Shown: positions 59,296-64,000 of the stretch, one piece after another
Layout: every line of letters begins with the position of its first letter
Position numbering within the stretch: the first letter of the stretch is position 1
NCBI RefSeq assembly: GCF_009914755.1
Contig: NC_060948.1
DNA length: 64,000 bases
Source of the DNA: the human T2T-CHM13v2.0 reference genome, Homo sapiens
Direction: 5' to 3' (one strand)
Notes under the pieces: model-generated
Seen by the model: the letters and a program-made list of their open reading frames with translations, nothing else
The model's database searches: none
What the model was told of the DNA's origin: nothing
Program-made: the position numbers and the translations under genes

Positions 59296-61721
59296 AAGAA
59301 ATTCCAGAACACTGGACTGGAGAGCACCTCACTTTCCTTATAGCTCTAAGTTTCTGACTCAGTGACCTGATTCAGTACCATATACACAAACACCCACTTA
59401 CACAAATGACTGTTCTTCACACTTGGCCCATGGAGACAGGGATAAAATTCTGAATTTGCTCAGATACCTTCTCCGCTACTGACATCTAGGCATTACACAA
59501 TTCATCTCTTCATACTTAACCTTTGAAGTTTGCTACTTCTCAGAGAGACTAATGAGTAGTGAGCACATATCCTGAAGCTGAGAATGCTTCTACCTCCTCT
59601 CAAAACAACGGAATATTCATCAAAACACAGCAGTTCTGCACTTAACTTTAGGCCTTTTCTAACACCTCATTTCTTGGCAGTAACTGTGGCCAGAATAGCT
59701 CTTTCCACAGAGAAAGGACCTTTTGAAAGGATAGGTTCTCTAGATAGAAAAGCAAATGCCTCATTCCAGAAGGTCTTCAAGAAGAAAATGTTGTGGTGAT
59801 AGCAAACATAACTGATTATAATCTATTCTGTGAAAAAAGCTTATGAAACAGTAGATGTGTGTATCTAGTACATAAGAGCTGAATGTCAATATATATGTAT
59901 AGATATATACACACCCTCAAATAAATAATAGTTATCTCTAACTAGAGAAATTCTAGTTGCCTTACTATATTTTCTACAATAAACATGTGTTTTTAACAAG
60001 AAAAGTCTTTTCTGGTGTGCTTTTAAATTTTCTTTGTTTAAGTGAGAGTGAGGCTACATAACTACATGGCTAGGTAGACTTTTAGAAAACTTGGCTGCTC
60101 TAGAAAATTGACATATCCTGATTTCTTCCATAGCTTGGATCTTGACCTAGAGGGAGATATAAAAATGTTGACTTGAATCTGAGGGGTGCCATTTTCACTG
60201 CTGAAGTAGTTTCATGGATCATGAATTGGAGAAATGACTTCAGCAACAGGGTGTTAAAAACAGAAAGCACAAGTGACCCACAACAGATGATGGAGAACAA
60301 AGAGCAAGCTGGGAAAAGCAGTGGCCTTTAATATAGAAAAGAAGAAGTATAGCCAAAATAAATATTAGGCAGACAGCAGTTCACAGTTTATACTATTAAG
60401 CTGTTGTTTAGGGGAATGGTAAACCGACATGACCCTTGAGGTAGGTATATATAGGTAAATCCTATGTGTCCCTTGAAATAGGTGTATGACACAACTTCTG
60501 GCATCTACATGGATTTGGTCACTCTAAAGTAGCCATGAGGCTTAAGATAGTTCAGCTGTTTGGGGATAAGCTACATCATTTGCAGTTGTCTTTCTGCAAT
60601 TTGCATATCCTACAGTTATCATTGTCATTACTGAATGGCACAGAGAAAACTGGTCTAAAGTGGTTCTCAAACCTGGTTGCTGGAGGGCCACCCTCAGTGA
60701 TGATGATTTAATCTGTAGAAGAGTAGAACATTGATAGTTTTTATATATCTCCAGGTAATTTTAATATATAACTGGGGTGAGAATCATTGACCTAATTGTA
60801 AGAGGATAATATTCAAGAAATGTGGAGATAAATAATTTTCTTCTCAACATTAAAAAAATCTAATAGAAAGTTTTATCTTTTCCCCTAACTCAGGGTCATC
60901 AGCCTTAAAGCTTCAGTCTTTGTGTGTTCACAGGTGCTGTAAACACATGCATCACTACTAATATCCCACTTCAGTGCTATTGCTGCTCCCAAAACTCCAG
61001 GTATTTTTAACCTTATAAACCTCCAGAATAATGAGACCACTGGGTTCAGTAAATTGCTTTGTTTTGAAGCAGTGTTAGACAAAGTGGGAGACTAGAAGAT
61101 AAATCTGTCAATGACATGTCCTTTAAGACTACTTAGATATTGTTGAATTTGTGGATCATTCTTTACTTGAGCATGGTAAATTAACTCTCTCTTTTCTCTC
61201 TCTCTCTAGCTGGCACACTTTTTCCAGTAGCCATTCTACTTGGTATGCTTACTTATCAGCTGTCCTCCAGGGGCCTCACATTAGATGTTTCTCTTGACTA
61301 ACAAAACATGACACACAGCTGAAGTCTGAAAAACCAGATTGATAATTTCACCCAAACTATTTTCTTCATTCTAACAGTTTACTGGAGTACACAATTGTGA
61401 CTATTTTTAGCCATAGGAACTCATAGAAAGACCAACTTCATTAGACCTACAAAATCGAATTGTGTGACATTATATGCAGTATGTGTAGGAATAAAAAGCA
61501 TTTCTCAAATATGCAGTACTGGATTTTGCAAAAGCACCTTACACTTAGCTATGAAGGAGTGAAAAACACAGAGATGAGTAACTGCACCTTTCAAAAGACT
61601 AGAGCTATACCAATAATACAAAGGTGTAAACAAATAATGATGAGATGACAAAGGCTGAGTGTTTTCTATTTGGAAGCTATGTTGTTGAATTATTTATGTA
61701 TATAATTTCATGCAATCTTCA

Positions 61722-62029
61722 TGTTATGGGGGTGTTCTAATCCACTGTGACTCTGTCCTTAAATAAAAGGGAGATTTGGACATAGAGACAGGAACACAGG
61801 GAGGATGCCATATGAGAATTGACACTGTGCTGTCACAAGCCAAGGAACTACTGGAAGGAGAGAAAGAGGACTGGAACAGTTCCTTCCTTAGCACCTTTTC
61901 AGGCAGCCTAGCCCTTCCAGCTTCTTGATCTGGACTTCTCACCTCTAGAATTGTGAGGCAATAAATTTCTGTTGCTTAAGTTACCCAGTTTGTGGTACTT
62001 TATTACAGGAGCCCTAGGAAAATAATTCA
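61722..62029 (+). mobile_element. MLT1C/B-like LTR with internal 5' deletion
   Basis: tgttatggg joined to ggtgttctaatcc; aagccaaggaac...aataaatttctgttgcttaag...cccagtttgtggtacttt. Confidence 0.78.
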
Positions 62030-62585
62030 TTATATAATCTGCTAAGGTAGATATGATCATTGTCTCCAATTTCCATATGAAGAAACTATGCCTCAGGCAT
62101 TGTGTCAGTTGTCCAAAATCATACATTCCTGACTCACTTCAATGAATTCTTCATTCAGCAAAACTTTTAAGGTACCTTAAAAAAATTATGTTAACTCTTA
62201 GGTCCTTGCTATAAAGCTTCAATAGGGTTTTCCTTTGCAAAGAATAAAATCCTAATACTTAAGCATAGCTCTCTTTCCTGGCTATGTTTCTGATATCCTC
62301 TTGTACCATGCTCCTCCTTAATCATTCTGAGTTTACATCTTAAGTCCTTTCCCCTTGCCATTCCCACTTCTTGGAATACTTTCCCATCAACTCTTCAAAG
62401 AACTGGCTTCTTTAAGTATTTGCTCTCAGTTCAAATGTCACTTCCCTGTAAAATCTTCCTGGTCATCAAGCCTTCTTTACACACTGTATTTTATTTTTTC
62501 ATGGTTCCTATAACCACCTAATATATTCTCAATTGATTAACTGTTTTGCTGACTACTGCCTTCCATAAGAATGGAAAGAAAATAT

Positions 62586-62823
62586 GGCCAGGTGCAGTGG
62601 CTCACACCTGTAATCCAACCACTTCAGGAGGCTGAGGCAACATGGCAAAACCTTCCCTTCAAAAAATTTTTTAAAAGTTAGCTGGATGTTGTGGAGGCAA
62701 GAGGATCACTTGAGGATCACTTTAGTCCATGAGGTCAAGGCTGCAGTGAGTCATGTTTGCACCACTGCACTCTAGCCTAGGTGATAGAGCTAGTCCCTAT
62801 CAAAAAAAAAAAAAAAAAAAAAA
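62586..62823 (+). mobile_element. AluJ with two internal deletions, inside L2 remnants
   Basis: Shortened arms, gaggatcactt duplicated; TSD aagaatgga(a/g)agaa. Confidence 0.85.
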
Positions 62824-63841
62824 GAATGGAGAGAATGCTACATGAGAGAAAGGATCTTATTTATCATGTTCACCTCTATCATGTTCACTTCCAAAGAGGT
62901 GAACATATCCCCCAAAGCCTGATAGAGAGAAGAGGCTCATTAATATTTAATGCATGACCATGTGCAGACTTGGGAGGAAAAATATGTCTCAGCCTATCAA
63001 AATTGGATCCTTAATAAACAAGGGTGCTTCTCCATCATTTCCCCACAACACCAAACAAGTGTGGCTCACTGTGGATGTTTAAGCAAATGCATTGTTTTTC
63101 CAGTTATATATCTGGTAGAGATGAGGTCATTGATAGGAATGGGAAGATGATCTCCTTTTATTTTGATGACCCAGCATGGCTGAACACTCAGTGACTACCA
63201 CTGCACTTTGTTGTACTTTCAGCATTAGAGATGTCAGCCCTGTAGGATATAAAACAGGAACATCTAGTCCTCAATTATATTCAGAATTACTCAAGTCTTA
63301 GAAGAACCACTTGTCTTTTTTCAAGGAAGAGAAATGCTCAAGTGATGGGCTGAAGTGAAGGGAGGGAGTCACTCACTTAAACGGTTCCCTTAGGCTGTGT
63401 GGATGCAAACAGCATTAGACAATGACACTGACAGTGGGAAATGCACTGAAGATGATGAATGGCAAAGCCCTCCTTTTCTCCCCATCCACTTTAGATACTG
63501 ACAGCAAAGGGTTTGTCACAATGACAACTATACACTCCCAATATCACAGAAGAAGGAGGAATAAAAGGGTATATTATGAGTGACTGAAGTTTAGAATAAA
63601 TCAATAAATATTATGTCCCTCATCCATAGAAACCACAAAGGTCTAGTAATGCTAAGGATATAATAAGAAAATAATATGAATATTTGCTTCCCCTTCCTAG
63701 TGTAATAGAGTAAGTTACAAATGGCTTCAGGAAGGGGAGAGAGGAAGAAGAGTGGATGAGATATGTAAGAGTGCCTGAGGGTTAATTTTATGAAAGCTTT
63801 GGGAAGTTTTAAGAAAAAGAAAAGCTATGTTTCAAGGTACA

Positions 63842-63854
63842 TGTGTGTATGCGT

Positions 63855-63891
<37 letters not shown>
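63842..63891. repeat. (TG)n/(TGCG)n microsatellite
   Basis: Directly visible. Confidence 0.95.
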
Positions 63892-64000
63892 AAAGACAGA
63901 AGAAAGAGGGAGACCTAAAAAGACTATGAGACACTAAGAGAAAAATTAAGGTAAAAAAGACACACATTAGAAAAACACAAATAGGGAGGAGGGAGGAGGT

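Overview
Primate genomic DNA (catarrhine, probably hominoid, given AluY and L1PA copies). It is non-coding and repeat-rich. I find no protein-coding gene: the ORF track is explained by Alu, LTR, low-complexity or random frames. The window holds about 41 Alu elements, several solo LTRs (two LTR26-like, LTR9B-like, MER4, MLT1, MST), old L1, L2, MIR and MER fragments, microsatellites, and a young processed RPL41 retrocopy with TSDs and an intact but altered 25-codon ORF. The sequence around 54.2-55.3 kb closely matches my recollection of human GRCh38 chr1:~100,000, so the right part of the window is probably a diverged member of a subtelomeric/interspersed segmental-duplication family. The most unusual structure is a ~1.1 kb quasi-palindrome inside an MLT1F LTR (18.0-19.1 kb) that looks like a fossil template-switch event. 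Repeat subfamily names come from remembered consensus features, not from RepeatMasker, and many boundaries are approximate. I see no evidence for a new biological system beyond these local oddities.
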